Part shown: in pieces, positions 52,668 through 63,219 of the stretch
Numbering within the stretch: the first letter of the stretch is position 1
Layout of the letters: every line of letters begins with the position of its first letter
The notes under the pieces: generated by a model
The model's database searches: none
The model's input: the letters and a program-made list of their open reading frames with translations, nothing else
What the model was told of the DNA's origin: nothing
Source of the DNA: Longimicrobiales bacterium
GTDB taxonomy: Bacteria; Gemmatimonadota; Gemmatimonadetes; Longimicrobiales; Gaopeijiaceae
Reading direction: 5' to 3'
Assembly (NCBI GenBank): GCA_965226375.1
Contig: CBDDCX010000007.1
Location: 448,001 to 512,000, forward strand
Length of the DNA: 64,000 nt
Translations under genes and position numbers: made by a program

Positions 52668-53747
52668 ATGCTCGAATACACGCCCGAGGTCGCACGCTCG
52701 ACGGCTCCACTACTGGAGCGGGTGAAGCAGTTCATTCCGGAAATAGAGTGGCCGGTGGTGGCGCCACACATCCACGCCATCAATGAGCTCAAGAAGGCCA
52801 AGAACGCGGTCATTCTGGCTCACAACTACCAGACGCCGGACATCTACCACTGCGTGGCCGACTTTGTGGGTGACTCCCTGCAGTTGGCCATGCAGGCGCG
52901 GGACACAAAAGCCGAGATCATTGTTCAGGCCGGTGTCCACTTCATGGCAGAGACATCGAAGCTCCTGTCGCCCGAGAAGACTGTGCTCATTCCCAGCCTT
53001 GAGGCCGGCTGCTCGCTGGCCGCGTCGGTGACGGGACGGGACGTACGTCTTCTCAAGGAGAAGTATCCGGGCGTGCCCGTGGTGACCTACGTGAACACTT
53101 CGGCCGACGTGAAGGCGGAGTCCGACCTGTGCTGCACGTCGTCGAACGCGGTCGAGATCGTCGAGTCTCTGGGAGTAGAACGGGTGATTCTTCTGCCCGA
53201 CGAGTACCTCACCAAGAACGTAGCCGCCCAGACCGATGTCGAGGTGATCGCGTGGCACGGTCGGTGTGAGGTGCACGAACGCTTTACGGCCGACGAGGTC
53301 CGGCAGTACCGAAGGGACACACCGGACCTGGTAGTGTTGGCCCATCCCGAGTGCTCCCCGGAGTTGATCGCCGAGGTTGATTACACCGGCTCCACCGCCG
53401 GCATGATCCGTTTTGTAAAGGACCATCGGCCCCCTCGGGTCATGATGGTCACCGAGTGCTCCATGAGCGACAACGTGGCGGCCGAGACGCCGGACGTGGA
53501 GTTCATTCGTCCCTGCAATCTCTGTCCCCACATGAAGCAGATCACCCTGCAGAATATCCTCGAGAGCCTCCAGTTGGGTCGCTACGAGGTGCATATCCCG
53601 GAGGAGATCGCGATCCGCGCCCGGCAGTCGGTGCAAGGCATGGTCGATCTCCGGACAACGGGAAGAGGCTTCTCCAAGGGCACGCCTCCTGAAGTGGTGG
53701 TCGAGGACCGAGAAACGGTCGATTCGGCAACGAGCGTTTCGGCCTGA
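52668..53747 (+). CDS. nadA: Quinolinate synthase A
   Basis: [36 protein letters not shown]. Confidence 0.95.
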   Translation: MLEYTPEVARSTAPLLERVKQFIPEIEWPVVAPHIHAINELKKAKNAVILAHNYQTPDIYHCVADFVGDSLQLAMQARDTKAEIIVQAGVHFMAETSKLLSPEKTVLIPSLEAGCSLAASVTGRDVRLLKEKYPGVPVVTYVNTSADVKAESDLCCTSSNAVEIVESLGVERVILLPDEYLTKNVAAQTDVEVIAWHGRCEVHERFTADEVRQYRRDTPDLVVLAHPECSPELIAEVDYTGSTAGMIRFVKDHRPPRVMMVTECSMSDNVAAETPDVEFIRPCNLCPHMKQITLQNILESLQLGRYEVHIPEEIAIRARQSVQGMVDLRTTGRGFSKGTPPEVVVEDRETVDSATSVSA

Positions 53748-53752
53748 CCTCT

Positions 53753-54634
53753 ATGTCCTCTCAGGCCGAGTCAGAGGCCGAGCGCGACACCTCACCGCTC
53801 CCGGCGATCCTGGTCGAGGGTATCGTTCGTCGTGCTCTCGAAGAAGATCTAGGTCAGTCGGGGGATATCACAACGCGTTCGGTAGTCACCCCGACAGCGG
53901 CGACAGAGGCTCATATCGTGGCAAGGGGTGCGGGGATCCTGGCGGGTGCTCAAGCCGCGACCTTGGCCTTCACGCTTGTCGACCCGGGGCTCACAGTTCG
54001 TTTTGCCGTAGACGATGGATCTCCTGTGGCTCGAGGGGACGTGGTGGCTAGAGTGGAAGGCGCTGCCCGCTCCGTTCTGACCGCGGAGCGTACGGCCCTG
54101 AACTTCCTCGGTCATCTGTCGGGGGTCGCCACGGCCACCCACGCGCTCGTTGAGGCCGTCCGGGGCACGGACGCCAAGATCTGCTGCACCCGGAAGACCA
54201 CGCCGGGGTTACGGGCGCTCGAGAAGTACGCGGTGCGCGCCGGCGGCGGCGTGAACCATCGACTCGGGCTCGACGGGGCGATCATGATCAAGGACAACCA
54301 CATCGCAGTGGCCGGTGGGGTAGGTCAGGCTCTTGCAGCTGCTCAGGCGTCCACCGGCCCCCTCACACCCATCGAGATAGAAGTCGACACGCTCGATCAG
54401 CTCGGTGAAGCCGTCGCCGGGGGTGCCTCGGTAATTCTTCTGGATAACATGTCGCCGGCCGTGCTTGCACAGGCTGTCGCGAAGGTCGATGGACGGGCGC
54501 GCCTCGAGGCGTCGGGCAACGTGACGGTCGACACCGTCCGGGGCATCGCCGAAGCAGGGGTCGACTACATCTCGAGCGGGTGGATCACCCACTCGGCCCC
54601 GATTGTGGATTTCGGGCTGGACTTCTCCGGCTAG
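53753..54634 (+). CDS. nadC: Nicotinate-nucleotide pyrophosphorylase
   Basis: GDITT, TRKTTPGLR, IKDNH, EIEVD, LLDNM, EASG. Confidence 0.95.
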   Translation: MSSQAESEAERDTSPLPAILVEGIVRRALEEDLGQSGDITTRSVVTPTAATEAHIVARGAGILAGAQAATLAFTLVDPGLTVRFAVDDGSPVARGDVVARVEGAARSVLTAERTALNFLGHLSGVATATHALVEAVRGTDAKICCTRKTTPGLRALEKYAVRAGGGVNHRLGLDGAIMIKDNHIAVAGGVGQALAAAQASTGPLTPIEIEVDTLDQLGEAVAGGASVILLDNMSPAVLAQAVAKVDGRARLEASGNVTVDTVRGIAEAGVDYISSGWITHSAPIVDFGLDFSG

Positions 54635-54684
54635 TACCGGATGCTCCCCTGCCTTCGGATGGCCGGGATACTTCGGTGACGCCC

Positions 54685-55839
54685 CTAGGGGTCCGCATGT
54701 AGCTTGCGAGCCAGATCCAACGCCGCCCCACCCAGGTTCGTCTCGCCCCCGTTGTAGTTCCTCAGCAGGACCACCCCGAGTTGAGCATCCGGCTGGAACA
54801 GCAGGTGAGCGTTGTAGCCGGCAACGGAGCCACCGTGGCTGGCCCACCAGGTTCCGTCGGCGTCGCGTCGCAGGCTGAAGCCGAGACCGTACCCCTGGCT
54901 GTCGCTCTCGGGGGTTTGGATCGAGAGCATGGCGGCCCGTGTTTCGTCGTCCAGGAGCCGCAAGGCCCCGGACACTCCGGCAGCGAAGCGAGCCAGATCA
55001 CCCACCGTGGAATACACGCCCCCGTTGGGGACCTTGTACCCGCGACCGGCGTGTTCTCGAGCCGGGGGACGGGCGTCGATCTCACCGTCTCGATTCACGT
55101 ACCCCGCCGCCAGCCGAGTCCGTAGCGCGCTTCCCACCACGAAGGTGGAGGAGGACATACCGAGGGGTTCGAAGATGCGCTCCTCCACGAGCTCCATGAA
55201 CGGCTTGCCCGCGGCTCGCGACAGGGCCAGACCCAGGATGCCGTACCCGATGTTCGAGTAGGAGTACGCCTCGCCCGGCACAGTCTGATATCGGGTCGCC
55301 GCAATGGACTCGAGGATCTTCGACTCCCAGCCGCCGATGGGCCCGGTGGCGGCTCCCGGTAGCACCGGCTCCCGGATGAGGCCTCCCGTGTGACTGGCCA
55401 GATGACGGAAGGTGAGGACGGGTTGTCCCGTCTCCGCGCCGACCAACCCCCCCACCTCGGGAAGAGCTCCCGAAACAGGATCGTCCAACCCCACAACTCC
55501 ATCCTGGACCAGCAGCATCATGAGCACGGCGGTGACGGACTTCGAGATCGACCCCGTGCGGTAGATGTTCCTGGGGCCGGCCCGTTGACCGATCTCGCGG
55601 CTCACGACCCCGAACCCTCGGGACCATCTCACCTCATCGCCGACGAAGACAGCTGCGGTGATGCTCCCGATCCCATCCACCTCTACGTCCCGGGCGAGAC
55701 CGACCGAGAAGGCTTCGATACTTTCATCCCAGTTCGACTGAGCATGGACTTCAGAAGGGCTTCCAGCCGCAAGGATCGCCGCCGTGAGAGCCGTCGCCGC
55801 TACGGCCGCGGTGGCTCGTGTGCGATGGTTCCTCGTCAT
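54685..55839 (-). CDS. Exported serine hydrolase (beta-lactamase-related)
   Basis: Signal peptide; SISK, HTGG, YSN, HGG. Confidence 0.88.
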   Translation of the reverse strand: MTRNHRTRATAAVAATALTAAILAAGSPSEVHAQSNWDESIEAFSVGLARDVEVDGIGSITAAVFVGDEVRWSRGFGVVSREIGQRAGPRNIYRTGSISKSVTAVLMMLLVQDGVVGLDDPVSGALPEVGGLVGAETGQPVLTFRHLASHTGGLIREPVLPGAATGPIGGWESKILESIAATRYQTVPGEAYSYSNIGYGILGLALSRAAGKPFMELVEERIFEPLGMSSSTFVVGSALRTRLAAGYVNRDGEIDARPPAREHAGRGYKVPNGGVYSTVGDLARFAAGVSGALRLLDDETRAAMLSIQTPESDSQGYGLGFSLRRDADGTWWASHGGSVAGYNAHLLFQPDAQLGVVLLRNYNGGETNLGGAALDLARKLHADP

Positions 55840-56882
55840 CGAACGAGCGGCGAATACCCGATGCCGTCCGGCCAAACTCCAGTGTCCCAAGTGGCCACGA
55901 CGGACCCCGAGGCCAGGTCCAGGGCTGCGACCTGATTCCGTCCCTGGAGCGACACGAAGGCCCGGCCCCCGTCTCGAGACATGGCGATCCCTTCGGGAGA
56001 TGCAGATCCCGGGAACTCAGTGCTTCCAACCAAACCCTCGGCCGGCACCAGGACCCTGTGGAGTTCTCTTCGCGTGGCGGTGTCCACAATGCGGATTTCC
56101 CCGTTCGCGGGGTCGGCGAGGACGGCCGTCGCTCCGTCGGGAGTGATCGCCATGCGGTACGGAAAGCCGAAGCCCTCCAGCACGTCGACGACGTGGCCTG
56201 CCTCGACGTCCACCACGCTCACGGTCTTGTCTCGGTTACTGCCCACCCAGACTTGGGATCCGTCGGGGGACACTGCCAGTCCTTCGACGACGGGTGCCAC
56301 TTCGATGACGCGCACGTGCACCCCCTTCAAGACGTCCAACTCCGAGATCGTGCCGTCTCGAATGTTGGTCGTGAAGATGCGTGCGCCCCGGGCGTCGGCC
56401 GCCAGCATGTGCGACGTGGCTCCCTCGGTGGGAATGGTGGTGACGATGTCTCCGGTGTGGAGGTTGACCAGCACCACGACACCCTGAGCCTCCGAGGTGA
56501 CGGCCACCAGGCTGTCTCCCGGTAGCACGGCGATGCCGTGGGGCCTCTCGTAGATCTCCATCGATATGGTGCGGGCCACCGTGACGGTGGCGAGGTCGAC
56601 GACCGTCAGCGAGCGACCTGCGGCTCCTCGGTCCCCGTAGTTGGTGATGACGGCCCAGCGCCCGTCGCCCGTAACGGCGATCTCGTGGGGCGCTCGTCCG
56701 GTGGGTAGGGTTGCCAGGGTCCTGCCACTGCCCACGTCGATGATCGTGGCCGTATTGTCGTTCATGTTGGCGACGACGAGTGTGCCTGATCCGGCGTCCT
56801 GGGCGGCCGCGCCACCGGTACCGAGTGTGATCGCGAAGCAGGCGGTCCCGACTCCCCTCAAGCCCCTACCAAGAATCCTCAT
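55836..56882 (-). CDS. YncE/YVTN-type beta-propeller protein
   Basis: Signal peptide; repeated PH(E/G)IAV-xDG units; ATGA overlap with the hydrolase. Confidence 0.82.
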   Translation of the reverse strand: MRILGRGLRGVGTACFAITLGTGGAAAQDAGSGTLVVANMNDNTATIIDVGSGRTLATLPTGRAPHEIAVTGDGRWAVITNYGDRGAAGRSLTVVDLATVTVARTISMEIYERPHGIAVLPGDSLVAVTSEAQGVVVLVNLHTGDIVTTIPTEGATSHMLAADARGARIFTTNIRDGTISELDVLKGVHVRVIEVAPVVEGLAVSPDGSQVWVGSNRDKTVSVVDVEAGHVVDVLEGFGFPYRMAITPDGATAVLADPANGEIRIVDTATRRELHRVLVPAEGLVGSTEFPGSASPEGIAMSRDGGRAFVSLQGRNQVAALDLASGSVVATWDTGVWPDGIGYSPLVR

Positions 56883-56991
56883 CCCATCGCCTCCCCTGAA
56901 CACCGAGCCGGATCGAACATTGAGTCGCCAAGACCAGAGCACCGCCGAGAGTAGCCTGCCGACAATCACACCACGGCGTGCACTACCATAG

Positions 56992-57642
56992 TCACGAATC
57001 GGTGCATTGGGGCGATCCGTCCGAGGCCGACTTGATGATCTCGAGGATTTCCCTGAGAGTCTCACCGCCGGCGTCCTCATCGTACCAAGCGAACTTCTGG
57101 TCGAGTTTTTCCCGGCCGCTCAGATTGTCCGGATTTTTCTGCCACCAGTCCTGCAGGACCCCAGGCCGCTCGCTCCAGCAGCCCACCTTGTCACCCTTCT
57201 CGTCGAGAACGATGACCGTGGGAGTCGCCGGCCGTCCATCGGGAGTCGGGTGGGCTTCCATGACCCAGCGCCCCTCATCGGAATTCACGATTCGCATGTC
57301 CAGCCCGTCAACTCCCTCGGTGAGCCTCGCCAGGTAGGGGATCGTGTTGACCGAATCGCTACACCAGTCCTCACCCACAACCAGCAGGCGCCAGTTGCCC
57401 GGAATTTCGCGAGCCCCCGGAGTCATCTCTACCGCGACATAATCACGGGCATAGTTCTCGAGCCACTCCTCTTCCTGATCCTCAGCCTGTTCCAGGAAGT
57501 CCGAAAAGGTAAGCCCCGATCTGTACAACTCCGCATAACTAGCCTGCTGGAGAGGCGTGATGACCTCGGTCGGCCGCGGCACTTCGGGGCCGGTGCCGCA
57601 CATGGAAGTCAGTGACAGAGCGAGGGCTAGGACGGGGCTCAT
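56992..57642 (-). CDS. Exported thioredoxin-fold protein (WCSDS)
   Basis: EDWCSDS, ATPTVIVLD, WSERP; AGGAG RBS. Confidence 0.8.
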   Translation of the reverse strand: MSPVLALALSLTSMCGTGPEVPRPTEVITPLQQASYAELYRSGLTFSDFLEQAEDQEEEWLENYARDYVAVEMTPGAREIPGNWRLLVVGEDWCSDSVNTIPYLARLTEGVDGLDMRIVNSDEGRWVMEAHPTPDGRPATPTVIVLDEKGDKVGCWSERPGVLQDWWQKNPDNLSGREKLDQKFAWYDEDAGGETLREILEIIKSASDGSPQCTDS

Positions 57643-57682
57643 GAACACTCCTGCGATGTACGGGTTCTCGCTCCGACGCCGG

Positions 57683-58996
57683 TCAGGCGGGGAGTCCGTG
57701 TTTCACGACATGCCCCATCGCTTCGATGAAGCGGTCGACTTCCTCGAGCGTCGAGTAGACGCTCGGAGAGATCCGCAGACCCTGGAACTGTGCGTGATTG
57801 ATCGAGACCGTAATGATGCGGTGTTCGTGCCACAGCCAGTCCCTCAGCGCGACCATGTCCTCGCCCACGATCTGGACATTGGCGATTCCGCAAGCGAACC
57901 CCGGCTTGAGGCTCGTGTGCACACGAATCCGATCGTGCTCCAGCAGTCGGTTGGCCCACAGATCTCTGAGATAGACGAGCCGTTCGGTCTTCCGCTTCGA
58001 CCCGATGCCCTGATGGAAGGTCAGGGCTTCGGCGATGGCGAGGTGGTTCGCCGCCGGGTGTGTGCCGATCTCTTCGAACTTCCGGATGTCGCCGTCCATG
58101 TGATCGCGGGCAGCCATCAGCGGCCAAACGTCCGGAATCACGTTCCGGCGTACGTAGAGGAGACCGGTACCGTGCGGTGCGAACAGCCACTTATGAAGGC
58201 TCGTGGAGTAGTTGTCGCACTCCAGATCCGAGATCTTGAAGTCGAAGTGCGCCAGGGCATGGGCTCCGTCGATGATGACCGGAATGTCATAGCGGCGAGC
58301 CATCTTGACGACATCCTTCACCGGAAGGATCTGCCCCGTGAGATTGATCATGTGACACATGAGAATCAGGCGGGTCTTCTCGGTGATCCCCTCTTCGAAG
58401 AGCCGAACCACCTCGGCGTCGTCCTCGGCTGGGACGGGGAGCTCGATTTGCTTCAAGACGATGCCTTCACGCCGCTCTCGCTGCATGAACGTCGTTCGCA
58501 TACGTCCGTAGTCCTGGGTCGAAGTCAGGACCTCGTCGCCACGATTCAGGTCGTAGCCGAGCTGGAGGATCTGAAGGCTCTCCGATGCGTTGCGTGTGAT
58601 GGCGATTTCTTCCGGGTCGACCCCCCACTCGCGGGCCATGCGTTTGCGGACCGCCTCCTGCTGAGGCTCGAGGACGGCCCACATGGTGTGGGACGGAGCC
58701 AGGTTAGAGAAGTCCAGGTGACGCTTCATGGCCTCCTGGACAAAGGAGGGCGAAGGGCTGACCCCCCCGTTGTTGAAATTGACCAGGCTCCGGTCGACCG
58801 TGAACGCCTGAGCCACCTCGGACCAGTAATCCTCGTCCTGGGCTATATCTTTCGGCGTGCCGTTATAACGGGACAAGGAATCCAGGATCTCGGGAGCGGC
58901 CGGCCGGAAGATCGTGGGTGCGCCCGGAAATCCGCGGACGGCGAAGGCGGCCGGAAGGGACATCGTGGCCAAGAAATCGCGTCGCGTTGACATCAT
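57683..58996 (-). CDS. Tat-exported class V PLP enzyme (isopenicillin N epimerase/cysteine lyase-like)
   Basis: TRRDFL, NNGGVSPSP, DGAH, SLHKWL.APHGTG. Confidence 0.87.
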   Translation of the reverse strand: MMSTRRDFLATMSLPAAFAVRGFPGAPTIFRPAAPEILDSLSRYNGTPKDIAQDEDYWSEVAQAFTVDRSLVNFNNGGVSPSPSFVQEAMKRHLDFSNLAPSHTMWAVLEPQQEAVRKRMAREWGVDPEEIAITRNASESLQILQLGYDLNRGDEVLTSTQDYGRMRTTFMQRERREGIVLKQIELPVPAEDDAEVVRLFEEGITEKTRLILMCHMINLTGQILPVKDVVKMARRYDIPVIIDGAHALAHFDFKISDLECDNYSTSLHKWLFAPHGTGLLYVRRNVIPDVWPLMAARDHMDGDIRKFEEIGTHPAANHLAIAEALTFHQGIGSKRKTERLVYLRDLWANRLLEHDRIRVHTSLKPGFACGIANVQIVGEDMVALRDWLWHEHRIITVSINHAQFQGLRISPSVYSTLEEVDRFIEAMGHVVKHGLPA

Positions 58997-59230
58997 GTAC
59001 CTCACCGTGGGAGTAGCTGTGCTCGACCGTCACATGCAAAATATGCTTCACCGCAGAGACTGTCCAACGTTGTGGCGGCCTAGGCCAAGATAGGCCGGAA
59101 CAAAAGGTGTTAACTGGACTATCACGGGCCGGACGAAACTCCCGCCCGCCCCGAGGGCTTTGGCCGACGCCAGGGCACATCAGTTCAAGCGCAGCATCCA
59201 CACTGAGGAAGGCCATCATCCGCAGTCTCA

Positions 59231-61318
59231 ATGGGTAGACCGACCCTCCTGACGGGGTTAGTCGTAGCGATCCTGGCGTTTCCGGGCTTTACGGCTGCTC
59301 AAGTAACCGACTCGATTCGGCCCGACACTCTCGGAGACTTCCCCGACGCGTTCCTGCTGACCGAAATTCGGGTGTTGGCACGGCAGAAGCTCACGGCCAC
59401 GGGAGGGGTGAGCGCGGTCGAAATGCGGCTCGACTCCCTTGCCTCAGTGCCGATTCCCACGCTGGAAGAGGCTCTTCGAGAGATGCCGTTCGTGCGGATC
59501 CGGGAAAATTCCCGGGGCGAGGCCCAGCCGAGTCTGAGGGGTGCCACCGACCGCCAGATCGCGGTCTTGGTGGACGGAGTGCCGCTGACGCTGGGCTGGG
59601 ATCATCGAACGGACCTCTCCATCATTCCGCTGACGGCGGCTCGCTCCGTGAACCTTCTGCGGGGACTGTCGTCGGTCCTCCATGGGCCCAATGTCCTGGC
59701 CGGTGTCGTAGAGGTGGACGTGGCACGGGGCAACGAGCGAATGGAGCAGCCCGCTCCTGCGACCTTCAGCCTGGGCGTCGACGAGACAGGGGGGCTCGCG
59801 GTTGGGGCGACGGGGTCCCGGCTGGTGGACTCCGATGGGGGACAGTGGTTGCTCCAGGCCGGAGCGGGATTCAGAGACCGTTCCGGAACCACCCTGCCGG
59901 ATTCCACATCGTTCGGGCCGGAGGAGATGGCTCTTCTCAGCCGGGACGGTGAACTTCGGCTCAATAGTGACTTCCGGCACGTGGACGGGTTCGTCTCCGC
60001 ACGTTACCAGGGACTCGGCGGAGCCTGGACTTCGATGATGGCTTCCGGCTTCGACGTTGAACGAGGAGTCCCGCCTGAGACACACGAAGCCGAGCCTCGC
60101 CTTTGGCGATATCCGAACCAGTCGCGCCTCTTTGCGGCGTTCTCTGGCGGCACGGGGAATCGTGAGACCCGTTGGGGCGAAGGCGACCTGGAGGCAAGCC
60201 TCGGAGTCGACGTGGGCACCTTCAGGATCGAGCAATTCGGCTCGGCCGACTACGAAACCGTCATCGACGTGGAGGAAGGAGACGATCGTACGCTCACGTT
60301 TCGTCTTCTCGGGGATCACACCATCAGCCATCGGGCAGACGTGCGAACCGCGTTTACCTACGGCGATGTATCCCACTCGGAACGGTTGAGCGGCGAGGGC
60401 GAGCGGGACTATCGGCAACGTCTGTGGAGTTTCGGCACCGAGGCGGAGTGGAGAGGTGACGACTTGCAAGGGTGGGAGAGCCTTGGTGCCACGCGAGTCA
60501 ACATGGGGTTCGCGATCGACGGAGCGGATACTCCCGAGTCGGCGGACAAGCCTACGCTCGGCCGTTTGTGGGACTGGGGGGGGCGGCTGGGATTTTCGTC
60601 ACTCACCGCGAAGAGTAGGCTGCTTCTGCACGGAGGGCTCAGCCGCCGCGCACGCTTTCCATCACTGAGGGAGCTTTACTCCGATGCTCTGGGTCGGTTC
60701 TTGGCCAATCCCGAGCTGAAGCCCGAGACCCTGACCGGTGTGGAGATGGGACTCACCTGGGATCTTCCGGTCTTCGATCTGCAGGTCGTGGGCTTCCATC
60801 AGGTCCTCTCCGACGGCATCGTCCGAATCGCCGTCGACACGCCCGACGGACCCCGACGGCAACGCGTCAACAAGGACCGCATTCGAACCACCGGTCTCGA
60901 GGTCGTCGCTACCGGTACGCTGGGCCGACTCGAGTTCTCCGGAGACGTCACCGTCCAACAGGCATGGCAATTCGAAGAAGGAAGTGACGAGCGCACGAGA
61001 CCCGAGTACGAGCCCAACCTTGCCGCACGTTTGAGTCTTGCGGTGCCCGTGGTCGCCGCCGCCGCCTTCTCCGGAGAATACCGGTACGTCGGTTCGCAGT
61101 TCTGTCTCAACACGGACAGTGGCGATTTAGACCCACTCGACACGGCACACAGCCTCGACCTCCGGCTCCGGCGTCTTTTCCTGCTCGAGAGCCGTCGGAC
61201 GTTCTCACGCGTCGACGGGTTGATCGCTCTGACGAATGTCACCGACCGAGCCATCTTCGATCAATGCGGATTGCCGCAGCCGGGCCGAACCCTGCGCTTC
61301 CAGGTCCGACTCTTCTGA
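59231..61318 (+). CDS. TonB-dependent receptor
   Basis: Signal peptide, plug motifs LVDGVP and SVLHGPNVLAGVV, LKPE, C-terminal QVRLF. Confidence 0.88.
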   Translation: MGRPTLLTGLVVAILAFPGFTAAQVTDSIRPDTLGDFPDAFLLTEIRVLARQKLTATGGVSAVEMRLDSLASVPIPTLEEALREMPFVRIRENSRGEAQPSLRGATDRQIAVLVDGVPLTLGWDHRTDLSIIPLTAARSVNLLRGLSSVLHGPNVLAGVVEVDVARGNERMEQPAPATFSLGVDETGGLAVGATGSRLVDSDGGQWLLQAGAGFRDRSGTTLPDSTSFGPEEMALLSRDGELRLNSDFRHVDGFVSARYQGLGGAWTSMMASGFDVERGVPPETHEAEPRLWRYPNQSRLFAAFSGGTGNRETRWGEGDLEASLGVDVGTFRIEQFGSADYETVIDVEEGDDRTLTFRLLGDHTISHRADVRTAFTYGDVSHSERLSGEGERDYRQRLWSFGTEAEWRGDDLQGWESLGATRVNMGFAIDGADTPESADKPTLGRLWDWGGRLGFSSLTAKSRLLLHGGLSRRARFPSLRELYSDALGRFLANPELKPETLTGVEMGLTWDLPVFDLQVVGFHQVLSDGIVRIAVDTPDGPRRQRVNKDRIRTTGLEVVATGTLGRLEFSGDVTVQQAWQFEEGSDERTRPEYEPNLAARLSLAVPVVAAAAFSGEYRYVGSQFCLNTDSGDLDPLDTAHSLDLRLRRLFLLESRRTFSRVDGLIALTNVTDRAIFDQCGLPQPGRTLRFQVRLF

Positions 61319-61390
61319 CGCGCCGGGCCGGTCGCTACCTTCTCTGCGACCCCCACCGTCCGTCCAGTCCGTGGTTGGATACGCACAGAG

Positions 61391-62377
61391 ATGATCCGAG
61401 TCACTTTTTTGGGCACCGCGGCTTCCCGACCCACGGTCCGCCGTAACGTGAGCTCCGTCGCCGTCCAGCGAGAGGGAGATGTCTTCCTGTTCGACTGCGG
61501 CGAGGGCACCCAGCGTCAGATGATGCGATACGCCACGGGCTTTGCGCTGGGCGAGATCTTTATCACGCATCTTCATGCCGATCATTTCCTGGGGATCACG
61601 GGTCTCCTGCGCACCATGGCCCTCCAGGGACGCACCGAGCCCCTGACCGTCTACGGACCTCCAGGGTCTCGGGCCACGTTGCGGAATGCGGTGGAATTGG
61701 GTGTGGATCGCGTCACGTTCCCGCTTGACATCGAGGAGCTCGAGGTGGGCGCTCGAGTATCCCACGAGGAATACGACGTGGTCGCCTTCCGCGTGAACCA
61801 CGGCACGCAGGCGTTGGGTTATGCGCTCGTGGAACACGAGCGATTGGGCCGCTTCGACGTCGAACGTGCCCGGGCCCTGGGAATTCCGGAAGGCCCGTTG
61901 TTCGGTAAGCTGCACAAAGGCGAAGCCGTGGAGGTGGATGGCCGGATGATCGAGGCTGCCGAACTGGTTGGCGTATCGCGTCCCGGTCGGGTGGTCGTAT
62001 ATACGGGGGACACCCGCCCGGCCGATAGCGTGCTCGACGTGGCCACCGGTGCCGCCCTCCTCATTCACGAGGCCACGTTCGGCCACGAGGAAGCGGACAG
62101 GGCGCACCAGACGCACCACAGCACGGCGCGAGGCGCGGCCGCACTCGCCCTCGAGGCCGGGGTCGCTCGTCTGTGTCTCACACACGTCTCCCCTCGTTAT
62201 GCGGACGACACGACACCGTTGGAGCAAGAGGCGCGCGAGGTGTATCCGGGAGCGGTGGTCGCGCGCGACGGCCTCGTGGTGGAAATCCCGCACAACGACG
62301 ACCACAAGGACAACCATGAGGACGACGAGTCAGCGAGCGAAGGTACGGCGGCCAGCGACGGTCCAGACCGGTCATGA
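61391..62377 (+). CDS. rnz: Ribonuclease Z
   Basis: [34 protein letters not shown]. Confidence 0.94.
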   Translation: MIRVTFLGTAASRPTVRRNVSSVAVQREGDVFLFDCGEGTQRQMMRYATGFALGEIFITHLHADHFLGITGLLRTMALQGRTEPLTVYGPPGSRATLRNAVELGVDRVTFPLDIEELEVGARVSHEEYDVVAFRVNHGTQALGYALVEHERLGRFDVERARALGIPEGPLFGKLHKGEAVEVDGRMIEAAELVGVSRPGRVVVYTGDTRPADSVLDVATGAALLIHEATFGHEEADRAHQTHHSTARGAAALALEAGVARLCLTHVSPRYADDTTPLEQEAREVYPGAVVARDGLVVEIPHNDDHKDNHEDDESASEGTAASDGPDRS

Positions 62378-63219
62378 GCTCAGTCGAACCGCGACAGCGA
62401 GTGGGCATCGTCGGCCTGGGCCTCATGGGAGGGTCGGTAGCCCGGTCACTCAGGGCGCTCGAGCACCCGCCTCGGGTCACGGCGTTCAGCAACGACCCGG
62501 ACGACGTGAGGGCTGCCCTCGATGCGGGCATCATCGACGTCAAGGCTGAAACATCTGAGGACGCCGTGGCAGACCAGGACGTGTTGATCTACGCCACGCC
62601 GCTGGGTGCCACTCTGGATCTCATGCGAGCGCACTCGGCGTTGTGGGGGGACGCAGCAGTGACCGACTTGGTGGGTCTCAAGGAGCCGATCCTGGCTTTG
62701 GCGCGAGAACAGGGGTTCTCGGACGTGTACGTGGGTGCCCACCCGATGGCGGGAGGCACCGGATCCGGATTTGCATGTTCGGCCGACGATCTCTTCGTCG
62801 ACCGCACCGTGTGGATCGTTCTCGCAGATGCCGAGGAGCAACGCTCGGAATGCGTCGAAACCCTGTGGCGGTCGCTGGGCGCCCGGATCAAGCGGATCGG
62901 AGCGTCGGACCATGACAGGCTCATGGCCTGGGCGAGCCACGTACCGCAACTGATGGCCACGGCCCTTGCCAGGGTTCTGGCGGCGCGGGGGCTCGAGGTC
63001 GGCGATCTCGGTCCGGGTGGCTTGGATATGACGCGACTGGCCATCAGTGCGTCGGAAACGTGGCGTGATCTTCTCGACGTCTCGGCCGACCGGGATGCAG
63101 CCGGGCTGGAGGCGTTGGAGCAGGAGCTCGCCGCCCTGCGCGCCACCCTGAGTGCGGGAGACCTGGATGCCGTCGGCGCCATGATGGATCAGGCCCGTAC
63201 CTGGAGGGAGGGCGGGTGA
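62374..63219 (+). CDS. tyrA: Prephenate/arogenate dehydrogenase
   Basis: [15 protein letters not shown]...SHVPQ, DMTRLA. Confidence 0.88.
   Translation: MSSVEPRQRVGIVGLGLMGGSVARSLRALEHPPRVTAFSNDPDDVRAALDAGIIDVKAETSEDAVADQDVLIYATPLGATLDLMRAHSALWGDAAVTDLVGLKEPILALAREQGFSDVYVGAHPMAGGTGSGFACSADDLFVDRTVWIVLADAEEQRSECVETLWRSLGARIKRIGASDHDRLMAWASHVPQLMATALARVLAARGLEVGDLGPGGLDMTRLAISASETWRDLLDVSADRDAAGLEALEQELAALRATLSAGDLDAVGAMMDQARTWREGG

Noticed and set aside
49059..54634. Genomic island integrated at tRNA-Leu
   Set aside because: No integrase and no duplicated tRNA 3' end were seen.
59000..59230. Cobalamin or TPP riboswitch upstream of the TonB receptor
   Set aside because: The conserved B12-box and TPP core motifs were not found.
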